From: Parasitella parasitica NRRL 2501
Taxonomy: Eukaryota; Fungi; Mucoromycota
NCBI GenBank assembly: GCA_025201805.1
Contig: MU619262.1
Span: 65,978 to 129,977, forward strand
Reading direction: 5' to 3'
Length of the DNA stretch: 64,000 bases
Shown here: piece by piece, positions 13,725-27,063 of the stretch
Layout: each line of letters starts with the position of its first letter
Position numbering within the stretch: position 1 is the stretch's first letter
Translations under genes and position numbers: made by a program
The notes under the pieces: generated by a model
What the model saw: the letters and a program-made list of their open reading frames with translations, nothing else
Database searches by the model: none
What the model was told of the DNA's origin: nothing

Positions 13725-16389
13725 TTTAGGTTGTTCTTGATATGTTTTTTTTTTCAGAATTTGTACGGGTTTCAATTGAGTGCGTTCTCTGGATATCAAT
13801 CAAATAACAGAGAATCAAATAAATAAGGGTATAAAGAGAAAAAGAAAGGAAGAAAGAGAAAAAAAATGCTTTGAAAAAAAGTAGGCCTTTTATACCCTTT
13901 TTCTGCCTGACTCGCGCTTTTAAATGGGGGCGTTGTGTGTTGTGCCTTCAGGCACTCGCAGCAAACGCGCCGAGAACAAAAAAAACTGCCTATTGCTTGT
14001 ATATTGTGCCAATCAACCATATTTTTTGCATCAAGATAAAGATAGAACTGCAATATATGGCAAATTTAACACACTGATCTATTATATACACGAAAAGAAT
14101 ACTTTTTCTCAGAGTTAAAGCGGGTGAATTCTCGCATAAAAAATGCTTTGTACCCATAACTGGTGGGATTAGGCCCTATGGTAAATCCATGAAAACAAGA
14201 CAAAAGGCTTTTAACAAACTCACTACATAGAACAGAATACTAATACTCTCTGCAGTTGGTGCATTCAATCTAATCTGATCTTACAAAAAGATATATTTAT
14301 TAATAAGGTAGATATGAAGGAAAGAAATATTTATCACTTTGCAGCAAGACCAACGCGTTCGTCTTTTCAGGAAGCTGAAACTCTCATCCATTGTTAATAG
14401 AAAGCAATCAGACAGTAGACAGTCTAAAACCATGCGACAAAAATTTGGCAGTTAGCGTATCCTCTTTCTGGCGTACTGGTCGGTTGGCAACGTGAAGTTT
14501 TATGAGCTGACACGAGAAAAAGATACGCGAAAAGTGCTTATCTAGCAGAGCTTTTCTGTTTATTTTATTGACGCGCACAAGGTACCATCTATATTCTCTT
14601 AATGTAAAAACGGGAACCTAGAAATTTTCTGAAGACCTAAAATCCATGGCCATATGTGTATTAGATGAGCCAAATATCTCATGGTCAAACATCATGGACT
14701 GTTTAGGCAGGCCCCTTTTTACCGGATGAAAAAATCAAAGATATTTGATGCCGTCTCGCAGATTATGAAACAGAGAATTGGCAACAGTGTTGAGTTCTCG
14801 TGTTTTCAACAGCTATATATAAGGCCCTGAAAGAGTTTATCTACGCGTATTGCTGTCTCCCCAAGAAGACTAAATACTACTCTATGCCTGCCGATCGCGA
14901 CTGCACTTCTACGTGAGAGATTATTGATAGGATAAACGATACACTTGAATTTCTTGCTTTGTTAAATTTAGTTGTACTTTTGAAGTAGAACTACTGTGTA
15001 ATAGTTGTGCGTTCCTTTATTACTTCTACTAACTCTTAGCTGGAGTTAATTGGCGGCATTGGGCGCTTATGATACAGTATCTCAGTGTAAATGTTGAGCT
15101 TGTTCCTTCGACTTGGACTATTCCCGTGCACCTCAATTCAGATTGAGAGCCATCATTGGATTTAGCGAACCTTGGGTCATCTCCGAACATTAATCAAAAT
15201 GCTCAATAACTGCAGCGGTGAGCAGCGTTTTGCAAGTGGAGCACTGCAGGATAAGTCCTCTGATTCACTGAATAACACAGCCGGGGATGATATCATCGGA
15301 CCTTCGGCCCGACGAATCTTGAGAATCTAGCCAGAATATAAGTTATAATTGAACGACCGTCTCAGAATATTAACTTGAATGTTCTCTCACTGTACCGTAT
15401 TCAGGTTTTTTAGCAGCTATAAAGTAAACAAGAATATGTACACGCTTAACAATCAATTGTCATTATCATAAAATAATTTTTAGTGTTTATTATTATAAGT
15501 GATTACATTGTCTCGGAAAGGATGATAAACACAGCTTCAAAATAATAAAAAATATTGCATTCTTCGATCAAGTACATAAAAACAATATTCGTTGATAGCG
15601 AACTCCTCCATATTATTATATCCTCATTGTTATTTGTCAATCAATTAGTTTATGCAGCCACAAGTAATCATATCTCATGAGAGGACTCCATTCCTAAACT
15701 TATAAGTAAAATCTTTGGCAGTGAATGTAATACTATTATGAAAGAAGGGAACTAGGACAAGTAAACAAGAGCTTCTTTTTTTTTTTTTTGGATTCCACAC
15801 CACTAACAAAAGTGGGAGGGGAAAAAGATACTACTGAAGGGATCGAAGATTACAGAAGAGGAACAATCTTGATTACCATTCATTGTCTGTACCGTAATAT
15901 TAATGAAGACGTTCAAATCATGAGCCTCTTGAGATCCAGTGTGTCTGCTACTGTGAGCAAACTTAGAAGTGTAGAAGCCATGACTAGCAAAGAACTTAAG
16001 CTCTACTTCGGGTCTGATGAGCCTCGAATCATTTTCCAATATTGCCATCTCTTTTTCTATTGAAAAAAGGAGCGCCACTCTGTTGTCAAATACAACAAAA
16101 AAGTTAAATATTGCTTGCTCCTTCTAGATCTCGACCTTATTCACCAACCTGAAACAAGCTAAACAGGAAGAATGCCAATACACCTACAAAGTAACGAAAA
16201 ATGTTTTCATGGCGCTTTTGCACAAGCGAATTAAAGTAGCAGTACTTGAAAGTTTTCGCTTGTCCATTTAGAATGAGAGTTATTTTGATATGAGAGACAA
16301 CAAGCGATTATATCACGGAGAAGGTTGAGTCTTTATTGATGATTGAAAAAGGAAGCCAGGATTGCTCTGTTCCTGATTTCTTAAGGTCT

Positions 16390-17040
16390 TTATACAATTC
16401 TATTTGAATGTCTGCCAATGTTGGAATTGTGATGAGATTCATCATTTAATAGGCAAGAACCGACATAGAAGACCACAGCGATAGCTTCTTGAATCACGCG
16501 ATACTGATTTGCAGGAAGAACTGCTGAGAAACAATCAGCGAAATTTAGGTACCGTAAGTCTTCATCACGAAGAAGCAAATGGTGTCGAAGAGATATAGAG
16601 ACTAACTCTCAAATACTGGTCTTGCGGTTGAATAATAAAAAGAACGTTTACGCTAAATTACAGTGCTACCTCCACATTTGCGAATATTTTTTTCTTATTT
16701 TGAGTCAGGGTAGAAGAAGGAATCGAAGTTTCCTCAGTTACCAATGCAATTTGGATACCTGCATCAGTATTTAATAATGTTTGCTTTGGAATGACACGTT
16801 AAAAAACGAACTCGGTAAAGTAAGCAAACACTATCTCAGGAGGGCCAGCAGTATACAGATACTCAGAATCAATAGGAGATCTCGAACGAGTAGTATCGCA
16901 GTAATTCTGTAGTAATAGATATAAACATAGATATTTAGAAATATAGGCTGGTATGCCGCAGTCAGAGTTGTTGCTCACCTTTCAGTCAAGCAATGTGGGA
17001 GTATAATTTCTTACAGTCGCTTCTCGCAATCCCTCAAATT
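16390..17040 (-). mobile_element. Degenerate Crypton-like (tyrosine-recombinase / Ndc10-related) transposon remnant
   Basis: Stop-interrupted frame REATVRNYTPTLLD*K | intron 16907-16978 | NYCD...YLYTAGPPEIVFAYFTEFVF*R, then *ELVSISLRHHLLLRDEDLRYLNFADCF. These resemble fungal Crypton N-terminal and catalytic-Arg motifs as recalled from family knowledge. Confidence 0.6.
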
Positions 17041-19556
17041 GGAATAGGCAGTACAAAGCTCAACTTGCATCTTTGGTGTTGCAGAATTTACAGACGACCT
17101 GCACTATTACCAAGCCCAGAACCAGTTATATCAACATGCGATGAAGTGGATGGACCAGCACTTGAAGAGTTTAATGTCTCGGAATGTTTATAATCTCCCA
17201 ATTTTCTTTGGGTACGAGTAACGTCATGCTTTCTGCAGTAGCTATGAGAAGAACGCTTGGGCCTTTTCAATAACGCAAGTGGGTTTCATAATTTATTGAT
17301 ATTGACATAAAAAAAAGTAGCAGATTAGAGAAAAGTGGTTGTAAATGTTACTGTTTTGGAATTCTCCTTTATATAATGAGAGGGCTTGATTTGTAAGTGA
17401 ATTAAAACAGTTGTTAAAATTTTATTAGCTTTTGAACATAGAGACATATTATATTCACATAATTGATCGGTTTATTACATGTGTATACAATTGAGCGAAG
17501 CAGGAAAAAGCTTGCGTAAACCAGCCAACAAATTATGTACATATACAGTTTGCTGAGTAGAACCGTTGTTTCTTTAGACACAACACGCTCAAGTTGGAAC
17601 CCAATATTGTAGAATTTGAGCAACATGTTTTGGCTCACAACCGATTGTTCAAATGCCATAAAACGGTGGTCATAGAGTTCAAAAAACAAGACTGCGTGGA
17701 AGCCATGTGTTTATTTGCGAACGATTTGTCATTCGGTACTGTTGGATTTCCAGATAAGCATGAAGTTCTATTTGTGTACTTGGGATGACACTTTGTACAA
17801 GCGGTAGTATTAACGCCAGTTCACAATTGGCGCCATTCCCACTTTACCCGTTATTGTCATTTTGATAGTTAGAAGGAAACAAAGAGCAAGGATAGCCAGT
17901 TGCAATTTAGCTAATTTGGAAGGGTAGAATGTGAAATTACTGGTCGTGATGTGGTCGCTATATGGAAGCCATCACTTATTTGCCTCGTTTTCATCTCTTC
18001 ATCATACTCTTTATAGCTAATCGCTTGTTGTTGTTGTTGTCTGAAACCACAATAAAATAACAGTACTCTGGTATGCATCTCAGACACCACCTAATTTACT
18101 ATAGCTGCTCCAACGTTCATACAACTTGATAAGATAAAATTTAACATTTTCAAGTATATCTGACATAAGAAACAATGCAATAATGTGCGCATAATATCAA
18201 ATGCGTTGATATATCTTTGAGACCAACGATCATGCCTGTTTTGAACCCTTCTGATGCAGAAAAATTACATCAAATTAGGGAGAGGATATCTGCTAGCATA
18301 ACAAACTTCATCAACGAATAAGTATTGTAAGCATTCCTTGACTTTGATGGTACGCCAGACATTGTACAATCTGCTCTATAAGCAGTACAGATTATTGGCT
18401 TCTCTCTCTCTACTATAGCAAATTGTATCGTTAGTAAGATGAAAGTCGCATCAACACCTGTGGCAAAACGTAGTCCAAGTAATTTCAGCCTTGCCAATGC
18501 CAAGTTACTTACTATATTCTATCTTAATAAAGATTAAAGCGCTGCATGTTCAATGGAATTATAATAAAACTAATTCGGGTGGCCGGACAGAATTCTTGTG
18601 TTTTAACCATTACTTTAAGGAGTAGTGCTACAGCACCAGCTTTGTATAGTGGCAGTAGCCGATCAAGCAGTTTTAGTGCTACTACTCACGTCGAAGATGA
18701 TTCTCTCGTTGCCCCTTCCATCAAAATTTAGGATAACTATCGTACTGAAAAAAAAATTTTTTTTTAGTGAATATAACTCTATTTGCACATGTGTATATTG
18801 CTGAGAGCATTGGACAAACAAGGCTTCCTTTTTTTATGATACTTTTTAATATCAAATAACTAATGACAACAAAACTCTTCCAATATTTGAAGCATTCTTC
18901 GCATACGTTATCCGCTGCAATTAAAGAATGCTTCAACACTTTGAACGCCCAGCTCAAATCGAAAATGTATGTTTCGCTGAAATGCAGGCATTTTTTTCTT
19001 CTCACATAAGCAGTTTAAATCAAAATGATTGAAAAAGACAGCATGCTATGTTATACATGGAGAGACACACATACACGCACTCACTTGTATATATGGTCTC
19101 TCGGTATATACTGCACCGTTTGCATCGCTGTTTCCATGTTTTGGAACAATAATATTTACAACGTACATATAACAAAACCCCGTGAAATAGCCATGCCCAT
19201 GGCATTTTGTAATGAGATGGACAATAGTATTACGGCAGTAGGGGAACATTTCTCACCAAGTAAGATAAGGGACATATAGTAGACACATTACCAGTCTAAC
19301 CTGCAAAGAAAGTAAGTTGAACCGGGACCAATCTTGCTTGTTTTTCCTAAATTTCCTGTTGCTCCCTCTGTTATTGTTGCACGATGATGATCATAATTCT
19401 CCTGTTGTACCATCTCGTGATAATACCCTGTCATACTATTTTATTTTTATTTTTATTTTGCTTTTTTCTCTGGATATATGTGCGCATTAGGCTGAGATGC
19501 GCAGCAAGAGAGAGGAACTAATACAGAGTATTCAAAGGAACTACAGAAGACAGGAC

Positions 19557-19577
19557 GAGAGAGAGAGAGAGAGAGAG
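19557..19577. repeat. (GA)n microsatellite
   Basis: Direct reading. Confidence 0.9.
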
Positions 19578-20146
19578 TGATCAAGAGAGCTTGGCCAGAT
19601 TCCGGTCTAAAAATGGTTATACTGTTCAGGAACAAATAAACAAGCCCATACAAACATCAGATCTCGCCACAGCAAGCTGCTCCATCAGGTGTCACTTTTT
19701 TGCACGCATTTACCACGTATTTGTTTCGAATCAACCACTTTTTCCCGGGCAATTACTACAGTAGTCGATCACTCATATGAAGTAATAATAGAACAAGGAG
19801 CTACAACCCTTTGTAACCATATTCTGTTGTCATAATAGTAGCAAAATTTTACAATTAAGTGTATATTGTGCTATTGTTTACAATCCTTTCATCCAATTCT
19901 TCCAATTAAAGTTAAATTCTTTTTTTATTTTTTTATTTTATTTCCATTGATCATGCATTGAAAATATAGGAATAATATAGTGATGAGAGTAGTTTTGTGT
20001 GTTCTGATGCGTGAGTGAGTGAGTGTGTGAGTGAGTGTGTTTGTGTGTGAATGTACTGGGGATTATATGCGATGAAAGAGTGAGATAGAGTTGTTGATGT
20101 GCAAAAAAGAAAAATAATACAATAAGAATAATAAATAGCTATGCCT

Positions 20147-21580
20147 TCAATCCCAACAGATAGTGAACTCTTGGTGACCGACAATAACTTTAGATGGGAT
20201 AGCCGAAGATTCAAGTCGTTTAAAAGGCCTGGCTCCATCGTCTTGAGATAGTCTTTGTAATAGGATGGTTGCACTAATTGTGTCTATGATATCCTGAGCT
20301 ACATGTGTGGGTGCCACAGGAGACATCACGGGTGACGAAGACCAGACAAGCGATGGCGAAGATGATACGGACGATGCCGACGATGAATCCATCATCATCA
20401 TAGGCGAACTAATCGTGGTATCGATAGAAGGTAACTTTTGTCGCTGATGCTTTTGCTGTCGCTCAAGAGAATTGCAGATAGGAGGCAATAAGGGGCCGTT
20501 GTTGTGGTTGTTATTATTAGTATTGCCACATTGATTTGTCCACTCATCGGGTGGGTATGTTTGAATGACACGGAAGGTCGGAAAAGATGTTGCTGAAGCA
20601 GACTCAAACGAAGATAATGATGATTCATCAGACAGTGTCATTAAATCGTCCTCGTCCTCCTCATAGCCAACCTCCTCGTCTAGCACCACTTGTTCATTCA
20701 AAAGACGCGTTACAGCCATGCTGGATGCCACTTTGCTGATCTTCTTTTTTTGTTGTTGTTTGAGCGATGAGGGATTTTTAGCCTTCAAGGGCTTTGGTGT
20801 GGTATTACGGAGACTGTTTCTCTTGTTGCTTTGTTGCTTTGTGTAAGGTTTTTGACGCATTGTTGTATTACGCTTCTGATGGTAGCTAGTTGCCTTCTTA
20901 AAGACATGTGATTTGCTCTTAGGATCCAACAAGAGACAGCCAAAGTCTTCGTGGCCCGGATGCAGCGCTTCAATCGGAAATCTTTGCCCAAATATGGGGA
21001 CCAATTCCTTTCTAATATGCCATGCAGTGCGCTTACACAGCAAATGAGCGTAATCATACGGAATCCTGTCGAGTGTGTTAGCAAACCATGCATGTAGACA
21101 CAAGTTAAAATGTCGCTTTACCATGTGCCTTGTATGCGCAAGAAACCGCCTCTGATCTTCTTTGTGCCCAATTCAGGATTTGAATCAACCATCTTCACAA
21201 TATCAGACTTTGAATTGCCCAATGCCTTCCAAATACCAGTAAAGTGAACATAGCCTAGAACAAGATGGCATGTGTCAGAGTGCTGTTCTCGCTCAAATGT
21301 ATGTTTATATGTATGTTTGCATCATACCTGTCTCTCTGTCCCACATGATGGGTGTCCCATTGATAATATATTCATATACTATACGTGTCATGTCAATATA
21401 GTCTGTCCGTCTGTATACATACACACAGAAAATATGCTTACCAGGAATGTAACCCCGAGGATCAAGCGAAGTTGAATAATGATCTCTCTTGATGTATATA
21501 TTGCTGTCGCTCTCTGGTTGAAATGGGCGATACATCAAGCAATCATTATCACCAAGATTTTTTCTGTTTTCGAGCATCAT
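20147..21580 (-). CDS. APSES/KilA-N domain transcription factor (Xbp1-like), multi-exon
   Basis: YSTSLDPRGYIP|VYEYIINGTPIMWDRETG|YVHFTGIWKALGNSKSDIVK..KKIRGGFLRIQGTW|IPYDYAHLLCKRTAWHIRKELVPIFG. Confidence 0.88.
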
Positions 21581-22017
21581 GTTCTTTTCTTTTTTATTTA
21601 TAATAAAAAAATGAAAGTGAAAAAAAAAAAAGTAAAAAAAAAAAAAGAGCCTGAAAAAAGGTTATATATATACTCTTCATTTTATGATGATTTAAGGGGG
21701 TGTGTTGTGGGTGGGGAAAAATAAGGGGCACAAATTTAACCTCTTTATTTTTTTTTTTTTTTTTTCTACAAGGTAGGATAGAGAAGAAAAAGATACTTTG
21801 GGAAAAGGTTGAATTTATGACAAGCAACTCCCTTTCTCCATGATTTCGGCATGTTTGTTTACAATAAAATCCAATGTGAAAGGGGATTGTTGTCAGCATA
21901 ATATTTGAATATAACCATTTTGAAAAAAGTGTATTGTTATATACTCGCAAAGCTTAATTTTCTCGGGATACATTCCCTTTTATCTTTTTAATAAATGCAA
22001 TCTTTAATCTGTCCATT

Positions 22018-23124
22018 TTAAGACTTCTTCTTGTACCATTTGAGCCTACCTCTGCCACCAGCGCGGCCAGCTCGACCACCACGATTTGATGTTGGCTTTC
22101 TTGTGCCTCTGGCTGCTCGGGGTTTTTTAGGCTTGGGCTGCAATTGCTCGAAATATGGATCAAACGCTTCGTTTTCTCCGTTTTGGATGCTGGTAAATCC
22201 TTCGAGGGGTGACAGATAGCCATCATCATCCTCTTTTTGTGCCTCTTCTGTGTATATTTGTTTGCTTATGCTATTATTTGCAGGATTAATTAAATCAATA
22301 ACATCACAATCAGAATCCGAACCCGTATCTGATATCATATTATTACATTTGGCTGCATGCTCTTGAATTACTTTCCCTTGTTGAAAAGGTCGTTGACATA
22401 AAGGGCATGCCACCAATTGTTGTTTGTTCGATGTAGTCGTTCGCAGTTCTCCTTGCGTATCATTATCAATTGTGACAATATGTTGTGATTCTTGTTCGGC
22501 TTGATCCAGAAAAGCATCTATATCCGTGATTTCAACCATACCCGATTCCTCCGTTTTTTCAACCTTTGCATCCAGCCACTTATCAACATTGTCAATTTCC
22601 AGCAACATATCATCGTTTTCTCGTTTGACAGTAGTGTTCGTGGTATATTTGTTTATTGAAACCGAAGCCGGAGTCGATGCAGGCGCTCTAGTTGATTTAT
22701 ATGGTATATTCTTTTTCTTTTGTACTTGGGCTTCCTTTAGTTTAGATTTTGTCTTTGGTGTTGGCTTTGACTTTGGTTGCGCCTTTTTCACTGGTAGCTG
22801 TGGCCTTGTTGAAACTGTTTGGAACCACTGGTTATCATCATCGTCTGTGGAACCTTCTATTCCATCATCATATTCCTCTGGGTCAGGTTTAATAAACCTC
22901 CTCTTTTCGCTAGAATGAGAAGGGGCACTTTCAAAGTGCTTCTGGCTTAATAAAGCGTATTGCTCAAACATCCGCTTTTGTTCATTCACATGCTCTTGTT
23001 GGCTCAGTTGTATTGCGAGTAATAGATCCTTGTCTTCAGTCCTAGGGTTTGCTGGTGTTGGTCTTCTGAATAGTTCATCAATGGTGAGGTTTGCTTTCTT
23101 GGTTTGCTTGTTTGGTAACGCCAT
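22018..23124 (-). CDS. Uncharacterised intronless protein with UIM-like motif, UBZ4-like C2HC zinc finger and RG-rich tail
   Basis: 368-codon ORF containing EDKDLLLAIQLSQQE, CPLCQRPFQQGKVIQEHAAKC and a C-terminal RGGRAGRAGGRGR. Confidence 0.75.
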   Translation of the reverse strand: MALPNKQTKKANLTIDELFRRPTPANPRTEDKDLLLAIQLSQQEHVNEQKRMFEQYALLSQKHFESAPSHSSEKRRFIKPDPEEYDDGIEGSTDDDDNQWFQTVSTRPQLPVKKAQPKSKPTPKTKSKLKEAQVQKKKNIPYKSTRAPASTPASVSINKYTTNTTVKRENDDMLLEIDNVDKWLDAKVEKTEESGMVEITDIDAFLDQAEQESQHIVTIDNDTQGELRTTTSNKQQLVACPLCQRPFQQGKVIQEHAAKCNNMISDTGSDSDCDVIDLINPANNSISKQIYTEEAQKEDDDGYLSPLEGFTSIQNGENEAFDPYFEQLQPKPKKPRAARGTRKPTSNRGGRAGRAGGRGRLKWYKKKS

Positions 23125-23281
23125 ACACTGTGAAACTGTCTGCTGAAGAAAAAAGATTTTCTTGGGCTACTGTAATTGCTGTTGTTTGTTACTAACCATA
23201 TTTTATCTACCGCTTCAAACTTTCTCTCCTCTCCTTGTTTTCTCGAGGAAAACAACAACCTTTTCACTTGTACAATTAAGA

Positions 23282-24377
23282 ATGGGCTGGGTTCTCTTAT
23301 TCATCTTGAGCAGAATATATCAAACACCTATACTGTTGTCGGTATACAAGGCTTTCAAGTATATTATTCGTGTTTCCACTGCAACATCTGAAATATACAG
23401 ATTATGCAATTCAACTATTGTTACAAGCACACAACTCGAGTACGAAGGCACAGAGGAAAAAGAAGATTTATTGACAGAAACATACTCTATATCAGTACCC
23501 AAAGACATTATATTCCGCATAGACAAATCTATTTTTTATTCAAAGCAACTTGTTGAAGAGAAATTTCATCTAACCCAAGCAGGTTGCCAAACGAATAGTA
23601 TATTGAAAGCAATCATAGAAAAGAAACGATTTCCTCGTCAATCTACCTCTTCACCAGCTGCTCATGTGCTTGCAAAAAGTTTAGAACAAATTTTCCAATC
23701 CAATATGTTGTTGAACACAGTCGAAGAGTTGGTATCGACTAAATATGACTCGAGTAATCATCTACACGAAGAGAAGTTATTGAAAGTATGCACTTTAAAT
23801 ATTCATGATACACCTTGCAAGTAATAACAGAACATAAATATAGCTATGGGAAGAAATGATGCCTGGTACAGAACTAGAGTCGCGATTGACCACGCAATGG
23901 GTTGAGATTGGCTTTCAAGGGAATGATCCCGCCACTGATTTCCGTGGAATGGGTTTGCAAGGACTCCATGATTTGCTCTACTTTATACAAAATCATGCTA
24001 ATCATGCACTGTCTTGTTTGCAACACGCTTCGCATCCTATCTATTGGTATCCGTATGCTATTGTTGGCATCAACATAACGAAATTCGCGTATCAAATGTT
24101 AGAGTCCAAAAAACTTCAATTGTATTTGTTTCAACATGGGACTGATGTGATTACCTTTCAAGAATTTTATTGCTATCTCTTTTATAAGTTTGATCAGTTT
24201 TGGGTTACTCATCAGCCTCAACTCACCGTCATGGATTTTGAAATCAAGTTTTCTGAATTCAAGATGCAAATTGAAAAAGAATTGGTTCAAGAAAAGGTCG
24301 TGCCATTATCTCAATTGTTGATACAAGAGGAACAGGAAAAACAAGTTTTTGTGCAGAAATTCAAAAAAAAAGAATAG
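23282..24377 (+). CDS. ELMO/CED-12 domain protein (ELMOD-type ARL/ARF GAP), 2 exons
   Basis: WVEIGFQGNDPATDFRGMGLQGL and YPYAIVGINIT are ELMO-domain signatures. Confidence 0.9.
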
Positions 24378-25904
24378 AATAAGTGATAATTCATAATAAA
24401 TCTCACAAGCACGTACATGAATCAGTCCTAAATTATTTTGTTGAGATCTGCAAGATCGAAATAAGAAAAGTATAAAATAAAACGTTGAATTAACGAGATA
24501 CGAAAACTTGAGATTACTTTATTACAGATTCAACTTTGCATCTGCTATTTATACTTTTTACAACTACATAAATTTTTGGTGACTTATTTAAAATACTAGT
24601 CGATATTAATCGATAAGAATAATTTGCAAGCAACATCATATCCTTAACAGGGTACGATGTATTATTATACTACAAGGTTATTGATCTTTGATCTGACAGT
24701 ACCTTATTGTTTGTCAATCATACAGATCTGTGTTACAGATAACCTTGTTATGCGCAGAGGATATATAAATATGATCTGCTCAAAAAAATGTATAACTTTA
24801 TAAAAATAAAATCAGACACAAAAACTTATGACTTAATTGATAAGAAAATGCCATCTTTTTATACTAGATTATATCTATTGTAACACTATTTGTCATCATG
24901 GTTAAACATTGAACTTGGTATGTAATACCAAGTTTATTACATGTTCTACTGTACATTAATAGCCTATTCCTTGTCATTGTATACAAAGAATTACCAATCT
25001 AATAATTGCTTAATCTCATGCCTTTCTGGCACAACAAACCTTCCTGATTTGAAACAAAGACTTTATTCTCCTGTTTCGACAAGTATAACAACACATCATT
25101 GGATAATTTTCAATCTTTAATTGAAGTACACTATCATGATCTCCTAACCTACATTATGGCAGATCAAGCACCAAAAAAGTTATCAGATGATATCAAAAAT
25201 TTACATATCCGAATTGAATATAATCGATGATAGGCTACTATAAAGAGCAACATAAAGCCTGTTTTATGCTTCATAAAAACAGGCATGGTCATCGCTATTT
25301 GAGCATAACTTGATTTCCACTGAGCAATGTCTCCATCAAACGTTTTTTTGTTTTTTTTTATGTGAGTTTGAAATATAATCACGTGGTTTCTTTTTTCTTT
25401 CTTTCTTGTTTGTGGAGGCACTTCCGCAATATCACTAAAACTGAACCCATAGTAAGTTTACTTTAGTATTGTTGATCATCATCGATCGTAAAACCTGATT
25501 TCAAATCAATACAAACTCATCTGAGGAGTTAAATATCATCAGTTCATTAAATACTTATATTTCAGCGCGTTGATATATTATATATGTTAAATGCATTTTT
25601 AATATGATTTGCACTCCATTATAGATTCATCCAGTCACCTTAAATTGATATAGACTACATATGTGCACAGCTAATAAGATATACAGTATAAATTTATATT
25701 ATATAAGATGTAGGCCAGAGACGGCACCATTAGGATGGATGACGCTTTAATAGACCTATATTGTATATATATCTTGACAAGAGCCTTGAACATTTACTAG
25801 AATTAGCATCTACTACGAGCTTATGCGATATAAGATCTATATGCTTTAAATGCGTATTCCCAGAAAAGGCATATTTATTAGTCTTCTATCGATTTGTTCA
25901 ATCT

Positions 25905-26901
25905 CTAATTATCATATTCAAACAGATGATCGAAACCTTCTCCACAGCCCTTTTCCTGAAGCCATGATTGCAGCTTGCTCAGGTCATTGTGGTTGGCAAA
26001 TTGGCCGTGAATATCAAATTTAACTTCTACCATATTCTCAAATACACGGTATGAGTTCAACTCGGCAATATTTGCGCAGTCTATATGCTGCCTCCAACGG
26101 GATGTCATTTTTCGACAACTTGGTGAAATACTTGCCCAAGATATAGTCTTGATATCGTTAACAAATTGAATCACTTTCGTTTCAGGTCCTTCTAGGCACA
26201 TGGCACCAGGCTTTCCAGGGCATAAGAAGCCGGTGATGTTGTATTTAGGTGCCCAGTCAATGATATCACCTCTCTACAGATAATTTTTGAATGGTGGCTT
26301 CTGATTATTGTAATAAGGAATGTACCTTTTCTCTTGTATATATCATGGGAAACCAGATCCAATCTCGCAAGAAACGCACAGGGCCATCCTTTTTTCCTGA
26401 CTTTTCCTTGTCTCTCTCTTCTCTCAACTTTTGTAGTTTGACAATGGCATATGGTTCCGCGATGCTTTGTAATTGCTGCATTTTTTCAATGATACAAGTT
26501 GAGCGATCTTCTGTAGATTCTACTCGTATCTCATTATTCAACATATGCACAAGCGATTCGTGATCCTCTCTCGACAGCCAAAAGTTGGCAGCAGATGGTA
26601 GCGTTAATTGATAATCAGCAATAGAATCAAGTGATATTTGCCCATTAAACGTCAAATATATGGGATCATCTTCATCTTGTAGTTCTTGCATTATTTCCAC
26701 AGGTGCCTTGATTGTAAATTCCAGATTGCTAGGCAAAGGAGGATCAAAGCAGGATGGCCAAGTGTCTGTTTCCCAGCATCCCTGCAATGATTTATATGCT
26801 ATCTCATCCTCATTTCGTTTAAATTCAAACTCTTTATCAAAGTATATAGACTGTAGCAAATCTATTGTATTGATTGCATCAGATAATGTCTCTTTTGACA
26901 T
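25905..26901 (-). CDS. RWD-domain protein with C-terminal DUF1115-type domain (RWDD2-like), 2 exons
   Basis: N-terminal IDLLQSIYF (RWD start), RDWIWFPMIYTREK, and downstream ITGFLCPGKPGAMCLEG. Confidence 0.8.
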
Positions 26902-27063
26902 GGTGAAATGTACAAGACAAAAGCCCTCTGTGACGTAGACGAAACAGCTGTTTTAGCAAAAGGTACCATAAAAACCCAGCTGAAACACTGAAGCTATTTA
27001 AACGCGGTTGCAACAGACTAGATTTTTCAGTCGTTTTCTACAAATACGCATACTTGGTAAACT

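Noticed and set aside
16005-16035. CTGATGA hammerhead-like core
   Set aside because: No following stem II-GAAA and no closing helices.
17414-17860. Stop-interrupted minus-strand frame
   Set aside because: Competing frames look equally plausible and no motif is recognisable; cannot support a call.
25257-25284. Hairpin GCCTGTTTTATG-CTT-CATAAAAACAGGC
   Set aside because: Short, AT-rich and isolated; no TSD or second copy to suggest a MITE or ncRNA.
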